A DNA stretch of 64,000 bases from the NCBI GenBank assembly GCA_031400935.1, contig JANNQV010000020.1:1-64000 (forward strand), given 5' to 3'. How positions within the stretch are numbered: position 1 is the first letter of the stretch; each line of letters opens with the position of its first letter. Origin of the DNA: Armatimonadota bacterium (GTDB lineage Bacteria > Armatimonadota > Fimbriimonadia > Fimbriimonadales > Fimbriimonadaceae). The translations under genes were made by a program, and so were the position numbers. The notes below the pieces were generated by a model. The model worked only from the letters and a program-made list of their open reading frames with translations. It was not told where the DNA came from and ran no database searches. Of the stretch, positions 18,227 through 27,794 are shown in pieces.

Positions 18227-19549
18227 CTACAAGCGGTAGACGATGAATTTGCCAATTGTCGGGAATCCAACAGGAATCACACCAGAATCAATGTTGAAGG
18301 CTCCGCTGCGAACATCTCGCTGACCACCTGCACCGCCGGGTCGAAGAACGTAGGAACCCAACGAACCCGAGATTTCGTCATTCGTCGTTCCTTCTGTCAC
18401 TTCAAAGATCGGCCAAGCTACAAACGAATCAGTATTGAGATCAATTTCGCCAAAATAGAACTCCGTGATTTGTCCGCCAGCTAGTGCGATCATGACGCAA
18501 TCTTGACGTCCATCGTCCGATGTTTGCGGGAACGTAAGGAATACAAAGTTGCCTGAATTCAGAATTGGGGATTGACTTGCTTGATTTGGATTAACCCACC
18601 ATTTCCAAGTTCCTTGGAGTGCTGTAATGAAAGCAGTGCCAGGAAGACTTCGAGGATCAATCTGTCTCAGTGTGTACGTGTTGGGCGAATTTGGCGGGAA
18701 AGAAGGAGCCAATGCGCAAAACCCTTCAAATGAGCCTGGATCAGGCGATTCAGGGACTAAAACTTCAAACAATGTTGGAACGCCGGTCGGTGTGTCAGAA
18801 AGTCCAATCGCATCGCCGCTAAAGTAAACAGCCGTTGCAGGTCCACCGCTTGTCATTAGCGGAGGATTGGCAATTCCCGAGATATCGAACGCCAAATAGT
18901 CGCTGAGATGAGCCTTCATCTCGAGGTCAATCGGGTCGTAGTTAAGGACTTCAAAATCAGCATTCAAGAAAGTAAGGCCGCCGAATCCATCTGGCGCGAA
19001 CATGGCGTCGTTTAGAAACACCGTTATGCTGGACGTTCGCCCAGGCATCAGACTGCAAGTCATGTTGAACGGAATATTGAAGAGCGACTGGCCAGGGGTT
19101 CCGCTGTATGGAACGTCGTCAAACGTTACAGTTTCAAGTTCGAGGTTGAACTGGTCAAACACTCTCCGATTCATGTTGATTGAAAAGCCAGTCATTGGCG
19201 CGTTCAAATCAATCGTTTGAGAAGTGTATTGATCAAGCCCAAGAACTCGCTCTGGGTTCAAAAGCGTACGAACCACGTTGTCTGGATGGCCAAATCCGTA
19301 GATATCGTCTTCAATTACCAAACGACGTAGATTTGCTGTGAAGAGCGGATCTCCGCCAGCGCGGCCCTGACCCGTGTCATACGTTACTTGAAGCAACCCT
19401 GGCTTTGGAACTGGCCCAGAGAAAAACAATGATGTATTGACTGATGGTTCATCTACAGGCGGCGGCGCAACAATCCCACCATCGCTTCCACCACAGCCAA
19501 CGATGACCATGGATGCTAGTAACAAACTTAAATATCCCGACTGTTTCAA
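18227..19549 (-). CDS. Hypothetical lipoprotein
   Basis: Lipobox IVGC after a hydrophobic segment; ends 3 bp before the dop start. Confidence 0.75.
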   Translation of the reverse strand: MKQSGYLSLLLASMVIVGCGGSDGGIVAPPPVDEPSVNTSLFFSGPVPKPGLLQVTYDTGQGRAGGDPLFTANLRRLVIEDDIYGFGHPDNVVRTLLNPERVLGLDQYTSQTIDLNAPMTGFSINMNRRVFDQFNLELETVTFDDVPYSGTPGQSLFNIPFNMTCSLMPGRTSSITVFLNDAMFAPDGFGGLTFLNADFEVLNYDPIDLEMKAHLSDYLAFDISGIANPPLMTSGGPATAVYFSGDAIGLSDTPTGVPTLFEVLVPESPDPGSFEGFCALAPSFPPNSPNTYTLRQIDPRSLPGTAFITALQGTWKWWVNPNQASQSPILNSGNFVFLTFPQTSDDGRQDCVMIALAGGQITEFYFGEIDLNTDSFVAWPIFEVTEGTTNDEISGSLGSYVLRPGGAGGQRDVRSGAFNIDSGVIPVGFPTIGKFIVYRL

Positions 19550-19705
19550 ACCGATTCACCTCTTCAGAACAGACACATGACGTGTCCGCATAGTATTACC
19601 ACACTCTAACAGGTAATGACGGGGCTATGAGAGGGAAATGTTGAAAAAATTTGATGTTTTGGCCAAATTCGGTAAGAAATCAACGAAAACTGAGGGATTT
19701 GGCAA

Positions 19706-19950
19706 ATGTTGGCAGTTCGCGGTTTACGGTTGGCGGTTTACGATTTGCGGTTAGCGGTTTGCGGTTGGCAGTTGGCGGTTGGCAAGTGGCAGGCAGGAAG
19801 TTGGAAAACTGTTTGTATGTTTATGTTTCCTAATTCCACACGAATCCAAAATCCGCAATCCAAAATTCAAAATGAGAATCGCTCACCGCTCTTCCCAGCA
19901 ATCCAAAATCCAAAATCCAAAATGTGAACCGCTTACTGCCAACAACTTCT
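19706..19950. repeat. Mosaic heptamer tandem-repeat array
   Basis: About 12 GTT(G/A/T)GC(G/A)-type units at ~19708-19790, then AATCCAA units at ~19843-19873 and ~19900-19923. Confidence 0.9.
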
Positions 19951-19953
19951 AAC

Positions 19954-20820
19954 CTAATCAAAGATCAGCTTAGCTTCTCCATGAACATCTTCTGCAATTT
20001 TTGAAAGGTCTGCTTCTTTCAAACCAAGCCTTATCATCGAAGTTACGGGCAGGTCCTCCAATTTGTGTTTGAATCCGCCGTCAAATCCGATATGAGCTGC
20101 GCATTGCTCAGCGATTCGCATCATTAGTGGATATTCACGAATCTCGGTGATGGGCAGGGTGTGGCACATCAGGCACTTTGCAACTTCGCCATGCAGATTG
20201 AACGCTTGGCCTAGAATTGCTGCTGCCTCGCCATGATGAATGCCAAATCGTTCCGTCTCGATGCTTTCTAACTGATCTGAACTGCCATTCGCGTCGTTCC
20301 ATGCTTTGCCGTATGAATTGCCAAACGTTGCTGCCATTACGCCAAATCCAAGTCCATGCATTGCCAACGTGGCGCAACTAGAATCCGGCGTGCTTAGTTT
20401 TGAAAATCTGCCAAACCACAGCCCAAAGTGCCCCATTGCAAGACTTTGCAGCGCAATATCCTTTGGGTTAATGCCTTGGCGAGAAGCCATGATTGCGGAC
20501 CATTGGTGGATTGCCTCGACCAAGAGGACGCGCCGAGCGAAAGAAGCGCCGGCGCCTTTGAGTGCAGAGGCAAAGTTTGCTGGCGCTTCCCCTGTTGCTC
20601 GCTTCTGGGCATGACACAATGCGTCCATTAGCGGCGGACCAAACATCGGGTCAGAGCCTATGAGGCGCTCCAGCAACGGTCCCTCTAAGTCATCCGGCTG
20701 CCCTAAGAACGTGATGCGTACAATGAGTCCATCAAGTTTTCCGCTCGCCTTTAACCTTTCAGCAACCAACCGCACTGGCGCCCCTGAATCTGTTTCGGAC
20801 TGCAATCGCGAGAGAACCAT
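19954..20820 (-). CDS. HDOD domain protein (stand-alone, divergent)
   Basis: IGSDP, AMHGLGF, ETERFGIHHGEAAAIL motifs. Confidence 0.75.
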   Translation of the reverse strand: MVLSRLQSETDSGAPVRLVAERLKASGKLDGLIVRITFLGQPDDLEGPLLERLIGSDPMFGPPLMDALCHAQKRATGEAPANFASALKGAGASFARRVLLVEAIHQWSAIMASRQGINPKDIALQSLAMGHFGLWFGRFSKLSTPDSSCATLAMHGLGFGVMAATFGNSYGKAWNDANGSSDQLESIETERFGIHHGEAAAILGQAFNLHGEVAKCLMCHTLPITEIREYPLMMRIAEQCAAHIGFDGGFKHKLEDLPVTSMIRLGLKEADLSKIAEDVHGEAKLIFD

Positions 20821-20903
20821 ACATTAGCCGTCTTCCGCAATCGAAGTCCGGCTCACCCGGCAAATCTAGCGGAAATGGGCAGAAGGTACAATCTTCGCTC
20901 GCC

Positions 20904-21449
20904 ATGAAACGGGATGAACTGCTCGATTTAAACGACGTATTACAGCATCCCGGAAGGAAAATTGCTGTAGATATCAGTACAGAATTTCCTGAGGACGCTG
21001 AGCTTATACTAAGCCGCCCTCTCGTTGGATTTGTTGAGGCAGTCAGTACTGGAAACATGCTTCTGATTACTGGCGAGTTCAAAGCCGGAGTTATCGTTGA
21101 CTGCGCCCGTTGCGCCGAACCTATTGAAATTGACGTCGAGTTTGAGATAGATGAACAGTTTCCGGTTGAGGGCGTGCCAAGTTCTTACAACCATCAAGAA
21201 TACGCCAAGGTTGTTCCAGAAGAGCCCTATCCGCTGTTTGAAGAAAATTCCTTGATTGTCCAGAACCTCATTCGCGAAGATTTCATAGTAGCGCTTCCCG
21301 TTCAGCCACTTTGCCAATACGGTTGGGAAGGAGAATGTCCAATCGCCAAGGGGCGAGCCGTCGAGAAAGCAGATAGTCGTGGTGGCATTCGTTTGGAAGG
21401 CTTGAAGAAATTTGTCAAGCCAGAGCCTAACGGAGAATCAAAGCCTTGA
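20904..21449 (+). CDS. yceD: DUF177/YceD family protein
   Basis: CARC motif, LIREDFIVALPVQPLC; lies upstream of plsX. Confidence 0.85.
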   Translation: MKRDELLDLNDVLQHPGRKIAVDISTEFPEDAELILSRPLVGFVEAVSTGNMLLITGEFKAGVIVDCARCAEPIEIDVEFEIDEQFPVEGVPSSYNHQEYAKVVPEEPYPLFEENSLIVQNLIREDFIVALPVQPLCQYGWEGECPIAKGRAVEKADSRGGIRLEGLKKFVKPEPNGESKP

Positions 21450-22432
21450 AGATCGCTCTCGATGCAATGGGCGGTGACAATGCACCACATGCAATTGTGG
21501 AAGGGGCGATTGCAGCCGCAGCCCTGATGGAGCACGAAATTCTTTTGGTTGGTATTCCAGATGCGATTTCCAAACATTTGCAAGGTTCGTGCCCCAAAAA
21601 CATTCATATTCATCCAGCTTCTGAAGTTGTGGATATGCATGAAAAGCCAATCGAAGCATTGCGTTTGAAGAAGGATTCTTCTATCTCGGTTGGCGTCAAT
21701 TTGGTGAAGGAAGGCGAGACACATGCGTTTGTTTCGGCGGGAAACACAGGAGCCTGCACTGCTGCTTGTCTCTTGAGCTGGAGACAAATTCATGGGTTTC
21801 ATCGGCCGGCCATTGGAAGCACTCTACCAAGCTTAAAGGAAGACTTATTACTTCTTGACGCTGGAGCCAGTCCTGACGTTGATCCGGAGCATTTGGTTGA
21901 ATTCGCTCTAATGGGACGCAGTTTTGCAAAAGCGATGTGGGGACGCGAAAACCCTACGGTTCATCTTTTGAATATTGGCGAAGAGCCTGGAAAGGGCAAC
22001 GCTTTTGCCAAACAAGCGCATGCTCTACTAGCAACTCACGATTGGTTTAGAGGAAACATCGAAGGAAAAGACATGTATCACGGAGGCATTGATGTCGTAG
22101 TGTGCGATGCCTTTGTTGGAAACATCGTCCTGAAATGCTCTGAAGGCGTAGCAGAGATGATCGTGGAAATGATTCGAAGCGGAGTGCCGACAAACCCGAT
22201 TGCAAAATTGCCGTATTTACCGTTGAAATCACTTATGGCACCCCTACGAAAGAAAATGGATTACGCAGAAATCGGGGGCTCTCCACTATTAGGACTCAAT
22301 GGACTTGGATTCATGGCGCACGGACGGAGCAATGCCAAGGCGATTCGTAACGCTTTGCTTCAGGCCGCAAAGGCAATGGAAGCCGATCTGGTTGGCGTCA
22401 TGCGAGAATCCATTGCCAAAGAACTGGAATAA
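21446..22432 (+). CDS. plsX: Phosphate acyltransferase PlsX
   Basis: IALDAMGGD, VSAGNTGA, LNIGEEPGKG, HGRS. Confidence 0.97.
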   Translation: MKIALDAMGGDNAPHAIVEGAIAAAALMEHEILLVGIPDAISKHLQGSCPKNIHIHPASEVVDMHEKPIEALRLKKDSSISVGVNLVKEGETHAFVSAGNTGACTAACLLSWRQIHGFHRPAIGSTLPSLKEDLLLLDAGASPDVDPEHLVEFALMGRSFAKAMWGRENPTVHLLNIGEEPGKGNAFAKQAHALLATHDWFRGNIEGKDMYHGGIDVVVCDAFVGNIVLKCSEGVAEMIVEMIRSGVPTNPIAKLPYLPLKSLMAPLRKKMDYAEIGGSPLLGLNGLGFMAHGRSNAKAIRNALLQAAKAMEADLVGVMRESIAKELE

Positions 22433-22441
22433 ACTAGGAAA

Positions 22442-23428
22442 ATGCCCAGAAGAGCCGTCATTCGTGCAACGGGGAGTTCCATTCCTGAAAAGATTCTTTC
22501 AAATGCCGACCTTGAGGCGATGGTCCAGACTTCCGACGAATGGATTGTCCAGCGCACGGGAATCAGTGAACGGCGAATCAGTTCGCCGGAAGAAACGGCC
22601 AGCGTGTTAGGCACTCGTTCCGCACAGTTGGCACTTAAACGCGCGAACTTTGATCCAGCATCGCTTGACCTTATCGTATGCGGAACCGTAACGGGCGATA
22701 TGCCTTTCCCGAGCACAGCATGTTTGATACAAGAGAACATCGGTGCCTCTAATGCTGGTGCATTTGATGTCGGCGCAGCTTGCGCTGGATTCATTTACTC
22801 ACTCTCTGTCGGTGCAAGCATGATCGAATCTGGTCAGGCAGATCGAATTCTTGTTTTAGGCGTAGATGTTCTAACGAAATATGTTGATTTCACAGATCGC
22901 TCGACTTGTATTCTGTTTGGAGATGGCGCTGGGTGCGTGATTCTGGAAGCCGAAGAAAATACGGACCGCGGAGTGATCACAACTGTTCTTCTTTCTGACG
23001 GCTCTGGTGCAAAACACATTCATAGCGAAGTTGGGGGCTCGAAGTATCCGATTCGAGTTGCGGAATCGTTCACCCACCGTACAGCGATTTATATGGCTGG
23101 ACCGGAAACCTACAAATTCGCGGTACAAGCCATGGGAGATGCTTGTATTCGCGCGCTCGAAAAAGCGAACCTAACAGCAGACGATATTGACCTCTTTGTG
23201 CCGCATCAGGCAAATATCCGCATTATAGAGTCTGCTTCTGCAAGGCTCGGCTTGTCGCCGGAAAAGGTTTTTCTCAATGTCCAGAAGTATGGAAATACAA
23301 GCGGTGGTTCGGTTCCGCTTGCTCTAGATGAAGCCGCTCAGGAGGGCCGTTTGAAGCCGGGAATGATTGTTATGACTGTTGGGTTTGGGGCTGGTTTGGT
23401 TTGGGGCGCGAATGTAATCCGGTGGTAA
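22442..23428 (+). CDS. fabH: 3-oxoacyl-ACP synthase III
   Basis: AACAGF, PHQAN, GNTS catalytic triad motifs. Confidence 0.97.
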   Translation: MPRRAVIRATGSSIPEKILSNADLEAMVQTSDEWIVQRTGISERRISSPEETASVLGTRSAQLALKRANFDPASLDLIVCGTVTGDMPFPSTACLIQENIGASNAGAFDVGAACAGFIYSLSVGASMIESGQADRILVLGVDVLTKYVDFTDRSTCILFGDGAGCVILEAEENTDRGVITTVLLSDGSGAKHIHSEVGGSKYPIRVAESFTHRTAIYMAGPETYKFAVQAMGDACIRALEKANLTADDIDLFVPHQANIRIIESASARLGLSPEKVFLNVQKYGNTSGGSVPLALDEAAQEGRLKPGMIVMTVGFGAGLVWGANVIRW

Positions 23429-23431
23429 CTG

Positions 23432-23468
23432 AGTTGATGGCGGTTGACGGTTAGCGGTTGGAAGTTAA
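23432..23468. repeat. Heptamer tandem repeat
   Basis: ggttgac ggttagc ggttgga agttaac. Confidence 0.65.
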
Positions 23469-23609
23469 CGAACTGCAAAAACCCGTTTGGAAAGAAAGGA
23501 AATCTCCACAAAGGGGAATTGTTTGGCAAACAGCGGAGCGCGGAATTTACTCCGCACCCAGGTTGGCCGAATTCATTCGGCAAGTGCTTGAAATTTGACG
23601 AAAATATGC

Positions 23610-24662
23610 CTATCCGCTACGCTTCAGCTCAAACTCAGCAAAGTAGCTTCGATGATCCGATCCCAAAACCTCTCCCACCCGTGCCCTGACTGGCTCCAAG
23701 AGTTTATTGCAAAAAAGGTGGTCGTACCGAATATACGGAAGCTCCGAGGTAATCGTCCATCCAGTGCCAAAGCCGACTGCCTTCCAAGAATCTGTTAGTC
23801 CATTTGAAAGCTCCTTGTAGACCTTCCCATAAGGCGGCGTGTTGAGATCGCCTCCAAAGATCAATGGCCCATCCAGATTTGAAATTTGCCGTTGCAATTC
23901 CTCTGCTTGCGCTATTCGATAGGCTCCCTTTGGGCTCAGCATCCCAAGATGGCCAATCCAGCTTGAATTCTCCGGAGAGTAACTGAGTGGCGACAAATGG
24001 GTGTTGACAACGTGGATGAACTGCCCTTTCCATCGAATTTTCGCAATTTGCACCCACTGATGATGAGATTTGCCAATTGCAAACTTCCGACGATTCATTT
24101 GGTCCGACAGACAGAGCAATTCGTCGAAGCAAATGACACTTGTTTCTTCAAATGAAAGTTTCGAGCAGATTGCAATGTTGTCGGTGATGAAGACTTGAAA
24201 GTCTTGTTCTAGGCGCCGCCGAATTGCCGAATCTGTTCGCAGTACCGTAGCTTCCTGAAGGAAGAGGATTTCGGGATTGAACTCATTAATCGCCGCAAAA
24301 AACTCGTTGACGCCTCTTCTTGCATCGAACATGTTCAGGGTCATCACGCCAAGCCCTGATTTGCCTTCAATTTCCATTGGCGGCGACCATCTGGGCTGAA
24401 GTAGGAAGACACCAGTCGCAACCGAGGCCAAAAACCAGAGAAGCGAACTTCCACTTCGTTTGTAAAGGGACATTAGCAACCCGATGCACGGAACCACTAG
24501 GAGTGGAAGCATTGGCATGTGAATCAGAAGGATAAATGGTGCAAACGACTCGCCCACAATATGGACTGCGATCACAACAAAAATCATTATGAAGAAATAG
24601 GTTGCCGGAAACGTGTCCTTTCTTCGTCGCTTTGGTTTTCCTAAGTTTTCTCTATGTTTCAT
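23610..24662 (-). CDS. Membrane-anchored endonuclease/exonuclease/phosphatase (EEP) family protein
   Basis: N-terminal TM helices; VMTLN, LQE, NTHL, GDLN, DH and SDH motifs. Confidence 0.88.
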   Translation of the reverse strand: MKHRENLGKPKRRRKDTFPATYFFIMIFVVIAVHIVGESFAPFILLIHMPMLPLLVVPCIGLLMSLYKRSGSSLLWFLASVATGVFLLQPRWSPPMEIEGKSGLGVMTLNMFDARRGVNEFFAAINEFNPEILFLQEATVLRTDSAIRRRLEQDFQVFITDNIAICSKLSFEETSVICFDELLCLSDQMNRRKFAIGKSHHQWVQIAKIRWKGQFIHVVNTHLSPLSYSPENSSWIGHLGMLSPKGAYRIAQAEELQRQISNLDGPLIFGGDLNTPPYGKVYKELSNGLTDSWKAVGFGTGWTITSELPYIRYDHLFCNKLLEPVRARVGEVLGSDHRSYFAEFELKRSG

Positions 24663-24760
24663 CTCGACAAATCAGTCAACAAATGATATTGGAAAAGGTT
24701 CTCGAACGGAAGGGAGCTCATATCGGACGATTAGGACTTGTGTGACTGGTTGGAAGCTAT

Positions 24761-24818
24761 CCGCACTCCGCACTCAGCACTTTTCAAAACCCAATGCCCC
24801 AATGGCCCAATCCCCCAA
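24761..24818. repeat. Short tandem repeats (ccgcact x3; cccaatgc-type 8-mers)
   Basis: ccgcact ccgcact cagcact; cccaatgc cccaatgg cccaatcc. Confidence 0.7.
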
Positions 24819-24824
24819 ATGAGG

Positions 24825-24953
24825 TATAGTTCCCTGTCGTTGCCCGAAATTGGGGAATTGGCCGTTGTACGGAGCTTCTTACGAGAGGCTGCTTAGAGCG
24901 GCGAAGGTCCCGAAACTCAGCAGCGAACAGGATACGGAGGCTACACTTCTCAC
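24825..24953 (+). promoter_or_regulatory. rpsO promoter (-10 TATAGT) and structured 5' leader; candidate S15 autoregulatory RNA
   Basis: TATAGT at 24825-24830; helices gcttct/agaggc, gctgct/agcagc and ccgt/acgg, the last overlapping GGAGG. Confidence 0.45.
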
Positions 24954-25235
24954 ATGCCGCTGGACAGCGCAATTAAGCAACAGGTTATCGCGGACAACGC
25001 GACAAAAGATGGAGACACCGGTTCAACCGATGTCCAAATCGCCGTAATGCAGGCTAGAATCCTGCAAATCACGGACCATCTCAAAAAGAATCCCAAAGAC
25101 TTCCACTCAAGACGTGGACTTTTGATGCTAGTTGGAAAGCGTCGTCGCCTCGAAGGTTATCTTCGAACTAATGACGTCGTCAAATATCGTGCGCTTATCC
25201 AAAAGCTGAACATTCGCGAAGTGAAGCCTCGCTAG
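24954..25235 (+). CDS. rpsO: 30S ribosomal protein S15
   Basis: DTGSTDVQIA, KDFHSRRGLLMLVGKRRRL. Confidence 0.98.
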   Translation: MPLDSAIKQQVIADNATKDGDTGSTDVQIAVMQARILQITDHLKKNPKDFHSRRGLLMLVGKRRRLEGYLRTNDVVKYRALIQKLNIREVKPR

Positions 25236-25244
25236 GAGGCATAA

Positions 25245-27704
25245 ATGATACATACCCACTCATTCGAAGTTGGGGGCAAGACCCTCAGCATCGAAGCAGG
25301 TCGCGTAGCGAAACAAGCTGGCGGCGCAGTTCTTCTCGGGATGGGCGAAACCGTAGTACTCGGCGTCGCGACCATGTCAGAAAATGCTCGAGAAGGCATT
25401 GATTTTCTACCACTCACTTGCGATTATGAAGAGCGCAAATACTCCGTTGGAAAAATTCCGGGCGGATTTATCAAGCGAGGCGGCAGGCCAAGCGAAAGAG
25501 CGACTTTAACCAGCCGACTCATTGACCGCCCGCTTCGGCCACTTTTCCCTAAAGGACTTCGAAACGACATTCAAGTCGTCGCCATGACTTTTGCAGTGGA
25601 TCAGGACAATCCGCCAGACGTGTTAGGAATTTGCGCCGCAGGCGCAGCACTTGCTGTTTCAGACATCCCGTTCAACGGCCCAGTGGCTGGCGTTCGCGTT
25701 GGCCGAATTGATGGCAAGTTCATTCTTTTCCCGTCTATGGACCAGATTAACGAGTCTGATCTTGACCTATGCGTTGCAGGACACATGAATGCAATCAGCA
25801 TGGTCGAAGCCGGTGCAAATGAAGTCACCGAAGAAGACATGGTCAAGGCACTCAAGTTCGCTCACGATGGCATCAAGGTCATTTGTGCAGAATTTGAAAA
25901 GTTTGCAAAAATCGTTGATAAGCCAAAGCGCGAAGTCAAGACGATCAAACTTGACGAAGACATCGTTGCCAAAATTGACAAGGAAATGGGCAAGGAAATT
26001 GCCACCACTATCATCGCAAAAGACAAGGCGACTCGCCAATCGGCTCTAGACGATTTGAAAAAGTCAATCGTCAAAAAATATGCAGAAGTCTTTGCTGGCG
26101 ATGCTGAAAAGGTCGGCCAACTTCCAGAAGTGGTAGACAAAGTCGTCAAGGGAACTGTACGAAAGCTCATTCTCAAAGAAGACAAGAGACCGGACGGACG
26201 AAAGCTCGACGAAATTCGAAATCTTGAAGCCAACGTTGGTTTACTTCCTAGAGTTCACGGTTCCGGCTTGTTCACTCGCGGCCAAACTCAGGTCATGACG
26301 GTTGTAACGCTCGGAATGCCGGGCGATGCGCAAACAATGGACGGAATCGAAGTCGAAGACCCGAAGCGCTATATGCACTTCTATAACTTCCCGCCTTATT
26401 CGGTTGGCGAATGTCGTCCGATGCGAGGTCCAGGCCGACGAGAAGTTGGACACGGCGCTCTTGCAGAAAGGGCTCTTCGAGCGGTAATCCCGTTCGACGA
26501 TCCAAATTTCCCTTACACTCTGTTGCTGATTTCTGAATGTCTCGAATCAAACGGTTCGACTTCAATGGCATCGGTTTGCGGTTCAACTCTGGCTCTTATG
26601 GATGCTGGCGTAAAGATCAAGGCTCCGGTTGCAGGAATTGCGATGGGCTTAATGTCCGATGGCAAAGTCTTCAAGGTCCTGACCGACATTCAAGGAATGG
26701 AAGACTTCTGTGGCGACATGGACTTCAAGGTTGCGGGAACCCGCGCCGGAATCACAGCCCTCCAACTAGATACCAAATTAGACGGAATCCCAGACAAGGT
26801 TCTAGCCGACGCGCTTTCCCAAGCGAAAAAGGCGCGATTCCAGGTTCTGGATTGCATCGAAGCTGAAATTTCTGCACCGAGAGCTGAATTGAGCGAAAAC
26901 GCTCCTCAGGTAACAACGCTTCAAATCAATCCTGAAAAGATTGGCGCACTCATCGGCCCAGGCGGAGCCACGATCAAAAAGATCACGGCTACTACTGGCG
27001 CGAACATTGACATCCAGCAGGATGGAAGAGTTCTCGTTGGAGCTACAAATGCCGAAATAGCGAATGAAGCGATTGCGATGATTAAGGCTCTCACCGATGA
27101 AGTTGCGGTTGGTTCAGAATTCACTGGACCGATTACAAGGATCATGGGTCGAGGCGCGATGGTGGAATACATTCCTGGACGCGAGGGAATGGTTCCGAAA
27201 CCGCACATTTCTCAAAAGCAGTTTGGCCGAATTGAGGAAATCGTCAACATCGGCGATGTGCTCAATGTAAAGGTTCACGAAGTGGACAGCCAAGGCCGAA
27301 TCAACCTAACCGCGCTTGGAATCAAGCAAGACTTGCCATCGCTCGATGGCAATGAAGACGTTGATCCATCAACCGTTCCAACCGATTCTGGAGACAGAGG
27401 CGGCCGAAGCGGCGGATACGGCGGACGAGGTGGCGGTGGTGATCGCGGCGGACGTGGCGGTGGCGACCGAGGCGGAGATCGTGGTGGACGCGGTGGCGGC
27501 TATGGTGGCCGAGGCGGCGGTGATCGAGACCGTGGCGGTGATCGAGGCAGTCGCGATGGCGGCGATCGTGGACCGAGGCAAGATCAAGCCCCTGCAGAAG
27601 CTCGCGAGTCAAACGGACAAACGGGCGCACCCGAAGTTCCCTCTGCATTTCCAAAACGCGGTGGAGATGAAGACGTGAACGCACGGTTTAGGCCGAGGCG
27701 TTAA
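25245..27704 (+). CDS. pnp: Polyribonucleotide nucleotidyltransferase with RGG-rich C-terminal tail
   Basis: RLIDRPLRP, RREVGHG, SNGSTSMAS, GDMDFKVAG; KH and S1 domains. Confidence 0.98.
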   Translation: MIHTHSFEVGGKTLSIEAGRVAKQAGGAVLLGMGETVVLGVATMSENAREGIDFLPLTCDYEERKYSVGKIPGGFIKRGGRPSERATLTSRLIDRPLRPLFPKGLRNDIQVVAMTFAVDQDNPPDVLGICAAGAALAVSDIPFNGPVAGVRVGRIDGKFILFPSMDQINESDLDLCVAGHMNAISMVEAGANEVTEEDMVKALKFAHDGIKVICAEFEKFAKIVDKPKREVKTIKLDEDIVAKIDKEMGKEIATTIIAKDKATRQSALDDLKKSIVKKYAEVFAGDAEKVGQLPEVVDKVVKGTVRKLILKEDKRPDGRKLDEIRNLEANVGLLPRVHGSGLFTRGQTQVMTVVTLGMPGDAQTMDGIEVEDPKRYMHFYNFPPYSVGECRPMRGPGRREVGHGALAERALRAVIPFDDPNFPYTLLLISECLESNGSTSMASVCGSTLALMDAGVKIKAPVAGIAMGLMSDGKVFKVLTDIQGMEDFCGDMDFKVAGTRAGITALQLDTKLDGIPDKVLADALSQAKKARFQVLDCIEAEISAPRAELSENAPQVTTLQINPEKIGALIGPGGATIKKITATTGANIDIQQDGRVLVGATNAEIANEAIAMIKALTDEVAVGSEFTGPITRIMGRGAMVEYIPGREGMVPKPHISQKQFGRIEEIVNIGDVLNVKVHEVDSQGRINLTALGIKQDLPSLDGNEDVDPSTVPTDSGDRGGRSGGYGGRGGGGDRGGRGGGDRGGDRGGRGGGYGGRGGGDRDRGGDRGSRDGGDRGPRQDQAPAEARESNGQTGAPEVPSAFPKRGGDEDVNARFRPRR

Positions 27705-27720
27705 AATTCGTCAACTTAGC

Positions 27721-27760
27721 AAATTGCCGCTCCAGTTATCTAGAGCGGCAATTTTTTTTT
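27721..27760 (+). terminator. Intrinsic terminator after pnp
   Basis: aaattgccgctc...gagcggcaattt followed by a T run. Confidence 0.9.
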
Positions 27761-27794
27761 GCTAAACAATTTCCGTTGAACAAATGCGAGATCG

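Noticed and set aside
19651..19927. Short ORFs 19651-19833 and 19706-19927
   Set aside because: They are translations of heptamer repeats (LRLAV, IQNPKSK), with no RBS or protein-like content
19706..19950. Possible CRISPR array (also considered for the other repeat tracts)
   Set aside because: Units are contiguous 7-mers with no 25-45-bp repeats separated by unique spacers; no cas genes in the window
27316..27684. Alternative-frame ORFs over the pnp 3' end
   Set aside because: By-products of the GC-rich low-complexity RGG-coding tract
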